Shown here: positions 10,281-21,453 of the stretch, one piece after another | Position numbering within the stretch: the stretch's first letter is position 1 | Layout of the letters: each line of letters opens with the position of its first letter | Assembly (NCBI GenBank): GCA_002633005.1 | Contig: NMRA01000021.1 | Span: 1,690,669 to 1,754,350, forward strand | Source: Phoronis australis | Lineage: Eukaryota > Animalia > Phoronida | Length of the DNA stretch: 63,682 nt | Direction: 5' to 3' | Notes under the pieces: generated by a model | What the model was told of the DNA's origin: nothing | The model's database searches: none | Seen by the model: the letters and a program-made list of their open reading frames with translations, nothing else | Translations under genes and position numbers: made by a program

Positions 10281-12821
10281 CACGTGCTGCTACTTGCTAT
10301 CATGGAGAAATTACATTTCGTTACAACTTAACTATGCACAGACTTTACCAGTGACAATAGTTGAAGATTCTTACTATTTAGAGATAACTGTTAGCTATTA
10401 AAGATACGAGATCAACTGTTAGGGAAAGCCAAAACGATGTTCTTTCTCTTCAAAATTTTAAATAGAACAACGTTCATTTGTTTTGGGTTTCTGTAAAGAC
10501 AAAACTCAAACATTGCTCAAATACGCATCGCAAAATTTTTTTGATGTTATAATTTGCAGTAACAACAAACGTCGCAAAGTAGTTTCCACACAGATGTTGC
10601 TTGCACTCAGTCTTAGTAATCAGAGCCGGAGTTATAATCTGATGCTGCAAAACGTCCCCGGCATGACAATTCCTTCTTATGGCTTCCAGGTCGGGCCAGT
10701 TTTCGTTAGGCTAAGACTATGCCTGTCGGGAAATGAAAAGAGCGGCATGACACCTGAAACAGTCGATACCAGTACAATTTAAAAAGCTTAATAAGAAAAT
10801 GTTGAGGAGAAAATCTTTGAAATAACGCATTACTTCAGAAATAACCGCAGGGCTCTAAATACGCGCAAATTTTGTTAAGTTGGCCTAATTGTGCGGGAAA
10901 CGAGATTTTAGCAGACGTGCCCTTTTCATATCCGCGATTTCCTTCTCTCAATCTTCCTTCGAATTTTGTTCTGCGTATCCCTGAAAGAACGCATGATACG
11001 GAATCAGTTGTAACCACAAATTTCCCAGTTGTTGCAATTATGCTAATCGCACAATTTCGCCTTGATGGTAACCAATGAGCTATATGTATTTATCTCGTTG
11101 GTGGAAACCAACAACATACCATCGTGTAAGCGCCGCCCATGGGTCGGCCATATTTGTTTTGGTGGCAGTTACTAGCTTAGAAATTGTGCAAAATAACGCT
11201 GTTCAGAAGTAGGTAAGTCATGTACTTCACAGTGGAACACGCCATTACTTGGTTATTCAATACATGCACGGAGATCAGATGATTGTCATCACGCGTTTTC
11301 CATGTAACTGTACCGAAAAAGACAAGACATGGCTGCACAACTTCAAGGTGTTTTACTCAGTTCGTGAGTTCGCAGTAGTAACGATTTTCTCGAGGCTATT
11401 TTTTTCGATGAAATTACCCAATATTTTGGTCTTCTCTGTAACTTTTGATTAATTTATGTTATTTGATCTCAAATTGATTATTGACAAGATGGCGCGTTTT
11501 ATCAAGCTTCAAATTAAAACGAAAAACGTCAATATTAAAACGGAAGACAAATGTTTTATGCGCATATTTAACCATTAATAACCTGAAACTATATCGTAGA
11601 AAACCTTTGTAAAATTTTTTTACTTTGCAAAGCGATTGAGGTTATAATTTTTTTGTAAAATTTACAAAATGCTTTACTGAAATTTTCAGCAAGACTTAAA
11701 ATATTTTCTGTGTGCTTTCTCAAAGTTTGGTTTTATCTGTATATTAACAAAGTATGAAATTGGTTCCAGGTGATCAGTGTAATGGACCCACGACTAAAAA
11801 TGCACTTGAGCGACCTTTGCACGTCTGGTTCATTCCCTACCAGCCCGACTACAATTATTTTTGTACCCCTATATACAAAGTGCATATACCTACATGCAAA
11901 ACACTCCAGTAAAAAATCATTATTTCGGATTTAGATGCATGGGTCTGAATACGAACATGCCTTCCGAGCTGATGTTTCAAAAATGTTAAAAAATTGGGCA
12001 AGTGTGACAATAAAATCAAGATTTGTTCACGTTTCGAAAGTTTTATTTTGTACCATTTTTGATTTTAATGTAATCTTCAAGTGGCCAAATCATTATTTCG
12101 TTTGGGATTAGAGATAAAATTCGATAATTGTATCTTATCTGTAAAATATGAATTGAAAAACAATGCGTCACAGGTTCAAAGTTAAATGTTAGCTCAATAT
12201 ATAAGCCAGGACCGTTTTCTAATTGTGTATTTCACCACCGTAATTTTTTTAACATTAGTTTATTTAGTTCATCGATTCTACTTGAAGATTGAGATTTAAG
12301 GTTTCTAGAAATTATACAGAAATACATAAATTAAAAAATTGATATTAAGAGTAAAATGACATATGATTACGAATGTAAATAAATCATTTCCATACAAAAT
12401 AAGTTATTCTATATGTATGCAACGTTTTCGAGTCACACAAAGAGATTTAACATAAAAAGAAATTTTGAAACTATTTCGAATAAAACTTTATTTTCACTTG
12501 GGTCGAGTTCTCTACATCCATTTAGAAAAAAAGTGATTTTGTTATACATTTGAGGAATATCTGAATATTTTTTGTAAACAATGGGGTATTGGTCGAGTGT
12601 CTGTAAAAGCTGTACCCTCTGCTCCCGGCATACTGCACAAGCAAGAACAAATGAGCATATGTCTCAGTGTCTCTACAGGATCACAGAGGTGAATTAAAAT
12701 TATGTCTAAATTTGTCGTTGTTCACATTTTGATCTGTATAGGATTATTTCATGGTTGTGAGGAAGTTGGAATGATGTCAACGGGACTGGCAAGTCTTGAG
12801 TAGTGGTACGCAGTTTAAAGT

Positions 12822-12960
12822 TATTACTTGGCGAAATAAATTGCTCTGACGTCAAGTTTTTTGTCCTTTTTTTGTTCGTTCACATTGTACAGGTCGCATT
12901 TTTTGATCGATTCCCACGAAATTTACACACATGTTTTTGAGAGTGACGATTGACTTGCTT
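12822..12960 (+). mobile_element. 5' fragment of a Helentron-associated (HINE-like) repeat
   Basis: TTACTTGGCGAAA..ATTGCTCTGAC..TTTGTTCG..TACAGGTCGCATTTTT..AAATTTACAC matches the start of the element at 39777. Confidence 0.5.
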
Positions 12961-13078
12961 TCTTTTATTTTGGATGGTAAGGAAATCCAGTTGTCAATTC
13001 AAGTTAATATCGTAGATCTCCTGAACGCTTGGCTGTGGGAAGATGGTATAGTGTACATATTACTTTGCTGCAGTCCAG

Positions 13079-13328
13079 GGGCCCGTTCCAACAAAATTGA
13101 CTTAGCTAAGATAAATCTTAAATTTTAGTAAATTTTAAGATAAGACTTAAATTTGTCTCGATAACGTTTCAAGAAAGAGATCTTAAGTTTGAATTAAGTT
13201 TTCGATAAAAGTTTTGTCTTAATTTTAACTATCTTACCGGATGTGGAAGTTTCAAAGTATGGAAGTTAAGACAAATCTTAGACTTTTAAGTCAAAAATGA
13301 ACTTAAGTCAGTTTCTTGGAACGGGCCC
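13079..13328. mobile_element. Harbinger-type MITE (250 bp)
   Basis: Perfect TIR GGGCCCGTTCCAA / TTGGAACGGGCCC flanked by CAG and CTG (CWG target). The interior is rich in CTTAA/TAAG repeats. Confidence 0.85.
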
Positions 13329-14241
13329 CTGGTCTTGTATTGTCTTTTGTAGGAGTCACAGAGGATTTTGTTTGAATGATTATTTATGTTGTTTAAGACT
13401 TTGAATGTATACACGGATTGGTGGAGTATATGACGGGTTGCTACATGTAGTTTGCTCCAGTTAAGACTATTTAGAACCTTGATTGCGTTGGATCATTTCT
13501 ATGCTCTTGTTATGGCTAAAGCTGCCTGGTATTGTAGTCATTCTAAATGAAGAAGTATGACTGTGTTAGTAGATTCTGTCACAGTAATCTAGATCTGGAA
13601 GTACCTCCGTGACTGCTCAACATCTGATCCGGACGATTACTTAGATCTAACGTTTGATTCCTCAACGGATATTTTCATAATAAACGCTCCGGGGTTGTCT
13701 TGTCTGCAGAAAACTTCGGTAGGTGTTTCCCAGAAGCTAAGTAGCGAAATTGTCAATATGTGTGCAATGCAAATGAATGATTATGAGTTTTTGTATGAAT
13801 GATGGAAATACTTTGTACCAAAATTTTGGGTATTGGTTAATTAGTCACGTGGATATTGCAAGTTAAAAGTTAGAATTTCTTGCCACACCCTTGCGAGTCA
13901 CTTAACACGTGAGCTTTCCAAAAACATAAGGACGTTTTTCCTCACTCTAATATCTTCTTGGCAACCCCAAACAACATCCATTTTTGGATTTGGTTTAGGG
14001 AACATCACTAATGGTAATCTTTCGTTAAAAGAAACAATTTTCCTACGATTCATCATTCATTTTCTTAAAGTGGCCCAAACCATTTCTCAAGTTACCTAAT
14101 CTGACGAAATAGTCAAGATAATCTTAATGGTTTGCCTGTTCTCATATTGACGGTTTGGTCATTCATTTTCCAGGTTTGATGGAACACTAAGTTTATCTTG
14201 GGGTCGTCCCTTTCCACGTAAATCACAATTAACAATGTGTC

Positions 14242-15345
14242 CATGGGCGGATCCAGGATTTTGAGTTAAGGGAGACAGGGAGAGTATTAGCCAGGAATTA
14301 GATTTTGCCCGTCAGATAATCGCGCTCCTGAACTGGCAAAACGGGGGAGAGGTGGAAAGGTGGATTTCCATCTCCCAGAAATTTCGATTTTGTCTCTGTT
14401 TTCCTTGATTTCTGAAATGTATTCAGCCCTCCATGATACTTCTAGAACCTGGTTGCTCTTTACGTCGAGCGTTCAAATTCCCACTGTCCTTTAGAATTAG
14501 TTGGAATCTTAATCCAAAGTCAAATTTTCAATTTGTAAGTTACCGACAAAATCGCTCAAAATTCTGGACTTGTACCTGCCTTTCTGTCGACTGCGTTTAA
14601 GAATGTCTTGCATGAAAAGGAACTCCGCCAGCCGCAGAGCGCGCGGGCCCACTGCGACCCATTTGCCTCCAACGAACGCTGCTAAACAAAGCAAGGTAAA
14701 ACGACTGTGCTGTCCCTGAAGATGCAAAACAATAGTAAACTTATTCGTAATCTTTTTACTTTGCATTAAGTCCAAACATTGCGAAATAACGTCTGTATGT
14801 GCAAAATGTTTAACTGAGCATGCGAAGATATACAGGACTACACTGATCGAAAAAAGGTGTTGGTAACAAAATTTGAAACGAACAATTTTTGAGTGATTGA
14901 ACAGCATTTGTTTTATTTTGGAACCTTTTCGAAGGGGTCAGTGAAGGATAACTAGTCCATCAAATTTTTATCTATGCTCACATTATGGGAACGTTTGTGT
15001 AGCACCTCAGTGAGTTCATTGCTTTTCACAATAAAAATAATTGTCTTGGAGCAGATCGACTACGACTGTCACCCGTCGCACTGTATCCCGTAATAGAGAC
15101 CAAAATGCTTACTCGTCATTTTCTGGATGCCTTTCTTGGTGTAATCCTTTATGCATTCTTGTTTCCATGCGCTGGGCTTGAATTACGTCACCTGCTCCTA
15201 TTATGAAGTCTACCAAAGCCTTGAAATTACCTTCATTTGCATTTCCGCAAGAGTCATCATCGTGGTGGCCCTCAGTGCTATACCTCCTTGTCCGCAAAAC
15301 ACTATACACTTAATCAACAAAGCAAGAAGTTCTCTATTTCTCTAA
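14242..15345 (-). mobile_element. Decayed hAT (Tip100/ZMYM1-like) transposon remnant
   Basis: TIR-like CATGGGCGGATCCAGG at 14242. The minus strand at about 15180-15310 reads CIVFCGQGGIALR/GHHDDDS..NEGNFKALVDF across a frameshift, matching the LRGH..N.GNF motif of these transposases. Confidence 0.65.
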
Positions 15346-15742
15346 ATGCTTACAGTCTGAGAATCTGCTCTCAATTCTTGTAATAATATCCCTACTAGAG
15401 TTACGTTATTATTGAATGGTAGTCCTAACCTTGACTTCGTTCTCAATGAATTCCTCCTAAGCAACGTTAGCAAATGTTTATGTACCGTTTATCAACATTG
15501 TTGCTTCTGATTTCCATATATAAATCTGTATATATTTTTGCTTGTATATATTCGTAATAGCATATCTAAGTGTTGGAATACTTATATTAGATACTATACT
15601 TAAATGTATATACCTCTATGTAAATTAGTTTTATTTATGATTTGTTTACAACCCAGATATAATGATTCGCGATTTCTGGGTTTGTCATTATTTCTTTGTA
15701 TGTTCTGTGTATTCTTCAATAAATATATAATACCTAAAAATG

Positions 15743-17168
15743 ATGGTACACGCAAGAGACCATTTCTGATGACGTTCTAGTTGTACACATGATACTTGAA
15801 ATGTTAATAATAGTTTCAGCTGTTTTTGGCAACTCATTGGTGATTGGAGCATACGTTGTGAGCGTGACAATACGTATGGAACCAAGCAATGTATTTATTA
15901 TTTCGTTGGCTGTTGTGGATATAACAACAGCGCTAGTTGGTGTCCCCGTAAATATTTTACAGAGGTTTATCATTCCGTTTTTCTGAAGAAGCTTGCCCAT
16001 TGACGCCTTGACGAGCTTTGAGGTGTGCATCTTTGCAATTTGCATCAAGTATTTTCCCATCGCAGTTGGATATAACGTTCTTGTCGCAATAGCCGTGGAC
16101 TGACTCCTTTTTATAGTTTTCCCACTGCGCTACGCGGTTATCGTGACGCATCAAAAATGCTTGCTCGTGATAGCGGTCGCATTCGTTTACCAAGCAGTAA
16201 ATATTATCAGGCTGGCGTCGGCCGCTTCCAGAAACAATTACAGTCCAGCCGGGGACAGGTGTGAACTCAATGAAATGTATCGTCAAGTGGAAAACAGAGT
16301 CAGAGGNTGGTAACTCGTTGGTGATTGGAGCATACGTTGTGAGCGTGACAATACGTATGGAACCAAGCAATGTATTTATTATGTCGTTGGCTGTTGTGGA
16401 TATAACAACAGCGCTAGTTGGTGTCCCCGTAAATATTTTACAGAGGTTTATCATTCCGCTTTTCTGGAGAAGCTTGCCCATTGACGCCTTGACGAGCTTT
16501 GAGATGTGTATCTTTGCAATATGCATCAAGTCTTTTCCCATCGCAGTTGGATATAACGTTCTTGTCGCAATAGCCGTGGACTGACTCCTTTTTATAGTTT
16601 TCCCACTGCGCTACGCGGTTATCGTGACGCATCAAAAATGCTTGCTCGTGATAGCGGTCGCATTCGTTTACCAAGAAGCAAATATTATCAGGCTGGCGTC
16701 GGCCGCTTCCAGAAACAATTACAGTCCAGCCGGGGACAGGTGTGAACTCAGTGAAATATATCGTCAAGTGGAAAACAGAGTCAGAGGATTTATATTTGGT
16801 ACGTTCATTCCAATTCTTATAATCTCGCTTCACTCCACAGTTGCTCTCATTGCATACCGGAAGAAAAGGAGTGACGTGGCATCTGCAGGATATGCTCAAC
16901 CATCTCAAGTGAGAGGTTATAAGATTACAGTTTTATGTTACGGATCGTTGTGTTGTTTCTTCTTTGCAATCTGCTTGTCATTTTTGTCTTGACCGTTTCA
17001 AAGATAAACAAGGCCCCTTGGTGGATGATCTATGTTAGATACGTTTTCGTTGAGCTCGCTTTTTTGTACTCGGCCCTAAACTTGCTTGTCTAAGCAAATT
17101 CCATAAAGGTGTTTTCCAAGGCGTTTAAAAAACGTTTGCGAGTAACAAGATCACCCGAAGCAAATTAG
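15743..17168 (+). pseudogene. GPCR copy 2, pseudogene (5'-truncated, internally duplicated across an N)
   Basis: High similarity to copy 1 but lacks the promoter and the first ~17 codons. Stops at 15984, 16101, 16582 (DR to D*) and 17091 (Y of NPxxY); frameshift near 16933. About 480 bp is repeated on both sides of the N at 16307. Confidence 0.9.
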
Positions 17169-17386
17169 ATTTTGTAAATCGGTACAGTTGTTTATATTTG
17201 TATAATTGAGTTGAGTTGTTTTTTGTTTTGATTGACTAACTTGTCAATTCACCCAAAAGTTTGACCATTATGACGCCGTTTTCGTTTTTTTTATGGTCAC
17301 GGTTCGTAATATTATTTCTGCACATAGCAATATTCATCTATATATGCACAAAATTGCTCACATGCAAATACCATGTAACTGGTTAA

Positions 17387-17967
17387 ATAGGCATGGAACA
17401 CAAAAGCTTGCCAAAAATATATTTTAAACAATTTCTGATGAACGTACCATCTTGCAACGTCTAGTAAAGGGCTATTCCCTTTCCGCTGTGAGGAAATTTC
17501 CAGACAAATATCAGAAAATTCACAATCTTTGAAATACGCTCGAAGGAAAAACTCTTTGGTTACCACAGAGTTTCTAATCTCCCTCTCACTTAGGATAATT
17601 GCCCGCATGCGCTCACAGTCAGATCAAGGAGTGTATTACTAATCTCCTTGGTAAGATGCTTGAAGTCGTTTTGAGGTCAAAGGTCACATTTTCCATGTAA
17701 GGAAAATGTGCTACGTCTGTGTCTTGCCATATCAAATAAGGAGACGTGCTTTGCCTTGTGGGAGAAATATCGATGAAGAGGCGAGCAGTTGGCAGATCGT
17801 ATATTTCAAATTTGATACTAAAAGAAAATGCTTTGATATCAATAGAAATTTAAAATCTTTACGAACAAACCCTAAAAAATGCCTAGTGAGCAGGTTGAAT
17901 TCTGTTTCAGTAGCAGAGAACCATTGTCAATATTGCAATTTATTCTTTTAATCGCGTTTCAGGCCTT
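17387..17967. mobile_element. Probable Kolobok-like MITE inserted only in duplication unit 2
   Basis: Absent at the paralogous site near 6565. Begins after TTAA with TAGGCATGGAACAC and ends GCGTTTCAGGCCTT (degenerate TIR). Confidence 0.5.
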
Positions 17968-18043
17968 TTGGCTTTTGGAGGCTTCTAAGTTCGATATACA
18001 GCCAGAACATATCATACAGAGAGAAGGAGATAAACCCATTTAA

Positions 18044-19001
18044 ACAGTACACACCATGAATTTTTGCACATTTCGAATTACCGGTGGCCACAGACTAAAT
18101 GTATGACGTAAAATTTAGTCAAATCCATGATTATTTTGTGTCATTAGCTCGAAATTTTGATTTCTCTTTCAATTTTCACATTTCCCGCCATGTGACATCA
18201 TGGGTTGAACACAAGAGATCAGCTACTAGCATTGAACAACGGCAGAGAGTAGGAATTTGAAAGCGACAACGATTATGAGCAAGAAATGAACAAATACTAT
18301 GAAAAAACTTGCGAGAATGGTGGCCAGGATGACGAAATGGGGTTGCACGAAAGCGAGAAAGAGTTTGAGATGTTTTCAGCTGCGTACTTTTCTACTTTGA
18401 GGCCTTACGAACTGGATCCTCCCGCGAGAGAAGCGGCCTCGGGCTCGGCCAGTCAACCCAGTGATCCAACAGACGATCCTGAATAAAGAGCCGATGTTTC
18501 TGAATAGTAAATATTGTCCTTTGTTGAACCAGGCCTTCATCGTAACATCTCCTCTGATTGGAGTCGAAACACGACTCCTCAAAGTGGGCAGAACACAAAA
18601 TGGCCCCGGACAGAATCGCTTGGTCCACGCTGAGGTAGGTCCCATACTCTCGTTCGGCGCACGAAGCGATGCCACTACTGCGCAATTTTGGCGTCCTTCG
18701 GAACACCGAGACGTTCTCCGTCTGACTGCTGTTGCTGCAGCCTCCGCAAATACATCTTTTCATCCCTCTACGAACCTTCTCGACGCAAAATATATTTTAC
18801 TTTCACTTCACTCTATACACTTAGTTGCTAATCCGAACAGTGTGCCGAACGACTTGGGTTCAACCCATGACGTTGTACATAATTATTATTTTTTTCAACT
18901 TTTACGTGTTTCTTTATGAGCTGTGCACTAAAGGCACTGAAATCAAGTAAGATATAATAATAAAATTTATTTTGAGGTTCTAGAGTCATGTTGCGTACAC
19001 T
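18044..19001. mobile_element. Internally deleted Kolobok transposon with THAP-domain remnant
   Basis: TTAA on both sides, imperfect TIRs (ACAGTACACACCATGA / TCATGTTGCGTACACT), and an empty site with one TTAA at about 6650 in unit 1. The minus strand from 18763 reads MKRCICGGCSN../FPKD..W.RFV../LCSAHFEESCF (THAP C2CH, frameshifted). Plus-strand acidic ORF 18286-18486 contains RPYELDP. Confidence 0.8.
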
Positions 19002-21302
19002 TTAATCAGACAAGTGAAGTGTTCAAATATATCGTATATTATTGAAAATACCGGTATGTACAACTTAACTTGCCCACAATAGTGCATGTGCGGTATTTCG
19101 ACACTGCGAGATATGTCATATCTATGTTTACATGAAAATCTGTTACGTGTGTCTGTACATGATCTGAACCATTATAGGACAATCTCATGAAATGAAATCA
19201 ATATGCTAGAGCAACTTCGTGCTCTTTTCCTTATAGGTACGTTATTGAATTATTTATTGCTTTTGACATTTTAGAGACAAATAAGACGGTCTTCATCAAT
19301 AATTTAATTCTTAAATAATGATCATTTTCATACCAGACAGGTTTAAAAAATATTTTTAATTCTAATAGCCAAGAGTGTTACCAAAATGTGAAGAATATCA
19401 AGGTATAATAGTAACGTAGAAAGGAAATGATTCTGACAGATTATATAAATTACTAATTAAGCTAAAGGAGGATAATTTCAATGATTCAAAAGATTTGTAC
19501 TCTATAAAGACAAAAATCTTAGACTATGCATCTGTCACAGTTCCTGTCAGGCATTCATCCACAATTTCACATCTTCATATATTAAATAAATTTTAGGTAC
19601 CGTCTGAGACAATTACCTTATTGTGGAAATTTGCAAAAAATGTTATCAACTAATTACTCCAACCATCTATCCGAAAGTTGCATATAAAGGTTTACTGATG
19701 AATAAAAATGGGCAAACATCTATTCTTCAACTTTAATGTACTGTGGATAGCCTATTACATTGGTTTTAGTGTAAGACTTTCCAGAGATCAAATAAACACA
19801 CAGAAAAACCAGGAATCCCAACTGGTAATCTAGATTGCCGGCCTAGTGCTCCTATCAATGAACTTCCAAGGACCCGCTATCAGTACAATTTAAAAAGTTA
19901 AATCATGAAATTGTGAAGAAAAAATATTTGAAATAATTCATTACTTCAGAAACAACCTCATGAGTCTAAATACGCCCCAGTATAAGGTTAGCTTAATTGA
20001 AAAGAAAAATTCTGGGAAACGAGATTTTAGCAGACGTGTCCTTTCCAGATCCTCGATTTCCGTTTCTCTATCTACTTTTGAATTCTATTCTGCGTATCCC
20101 TGAAAGAACACCGAATAGGAAATCACTTGTAACCACAAGTTGCCCTGTTATCGCAATTTTGCTAATCGCCCAACCTCGTCGGCTTTGTGGTAACAAACAA
20201 GACATCGTGTAAGCTCGCCCATGGGTCAGCCATATTTGTTTTACTAGTTGAGAAAAATGTGCAAAATAACGCTGTTCCCAAGTAGGTAAGTCATGTATTT
20301 CACAGTGGAACACACCATTACTTGGTTATTCAATACATGCACGGATATCGGGTGGTTGTGATCACGCGTTTTCCATGAAATTGTACCGGAAGAAACAAGA
20401 TATCACTGCACAACTTCAACGTGTTTACTCAGTTCGTGTATTCGCGTTAGTAGCGATTTTTCGATCCAGTTTTTTCAAAACGCGTCGATCAATTTCAATG
20501 AAATTACCCAATTTGTAATCCAGAATAAATGAACTTAATCTCCGGGCCAGGTTTTTTGAGAACTTATGTTATTTGATTTCAAGTGGATTATTGACAAGAT
20601 GGCGCTTATGTCAAGCTCCAAGAACGCAAAATATCAATAAAAACGAATGACAAAATTAATTTTCATGCGTTTATTTAACCATTAATGATTTAAAACTGTA
20701 CTGTAGAAAACCATTTTTAAAAATATTCCTTATTTTGGAAAGCGTTTAATTGATTTTTTGTAAAATTTACAAAATGCTTTAAAAAATTCGAATGACAAAA
20801 AAACATTTTCTGGGCGTATTCTCAAATTTAAAATCATCCATGTAGTGGTATAACTTTTTGTTATCTATTCTGAAGAGTAACATAGAAAACCAAACAGCCT
20901 TAACACTTATCTTAAACCAAATCCTAACAAATATTCGCAAAAAATTGTGAACAGATTCGACCTTTTTCCTTCGTGGAAACCTCCAGCGTGAGCCGTGAAC
21001 TAGAATTGTTACATTTTAGCATCAAAAATGTTCACTCATACGGTCACTGGGGCATTGGTGAACTTCAGAATATGTGATTTTAGCGCAAAGTGCTTTTGAC
21101 GCCTTTTGATAATGTTGTTTGCGCCTTTGTAAACACTCCCCTCGAGCAAAGTGTTATCTCAAGATAATTACATTCTTAAGTACATTCTATTCTTTTGCCT
21201 CCAAAAATCCATAGCATCGTAAAATACTACCATTTCTATAGACACGTTCACTTGCAACTTCCATTTCTTACAATAAGAATCTAGTTAATTTTTCATACCA
21301 GT

Positions 21303-21422
21303 TGTTGTGATGTTACAGTTTTCTTTGACGTCATCCTTTTGTGACGTCATTCTTAATTCCTGCCAATATATTTTACATTTCTTTTATACGTTTCTGCTTC
21401 TTTCTATTACAAAAATATAACA
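21303..21422 (+). repeat. 5' LTR
   Basis: TGTTGTGATG...AATATAACA. 8 mismatches in 120 nt versus the 3' LTR (manual count). Two TGACGTCA motifs. Confidence 0.95.
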
Positions 21423-21427
21423 GATTT

Positions 21428-21445
21428 TGGCGTAGTTGGCAGGAT
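21428..21445 (+). other. Primer binding site, tRNA-Ser type
   Basis: TGGCGTAGTTGGCAGGAT is complementary, with one mismatch, to the conserved metazoan tRNA-Ser 3' end ATCCTGCCGACTACGCCA. Confidence 0.8.
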
Positions 21446-21453
21446 ATAAAAAT

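Larger units (their letters stand above)
4985..14230 (+). repeat. Segmental duplication unit 1 of the GPCR array
   Basis: Collinear non-coding homology: 4985-5380 to 28430-28820; 6490-7420 to 17300-19785 and 29975-30400; 10770-11725 to 19880-20825; 11728-12225 to 26438-26930; 13615-14225 to 27525-28120. Confidence 0.85.

Noticed and set aside
10835-11078. Short ORFs with paralogs at 19997-20313
   Set aside because: Similarity comes from the segmental duplication. Reading frames and ends are not conserved between copies.
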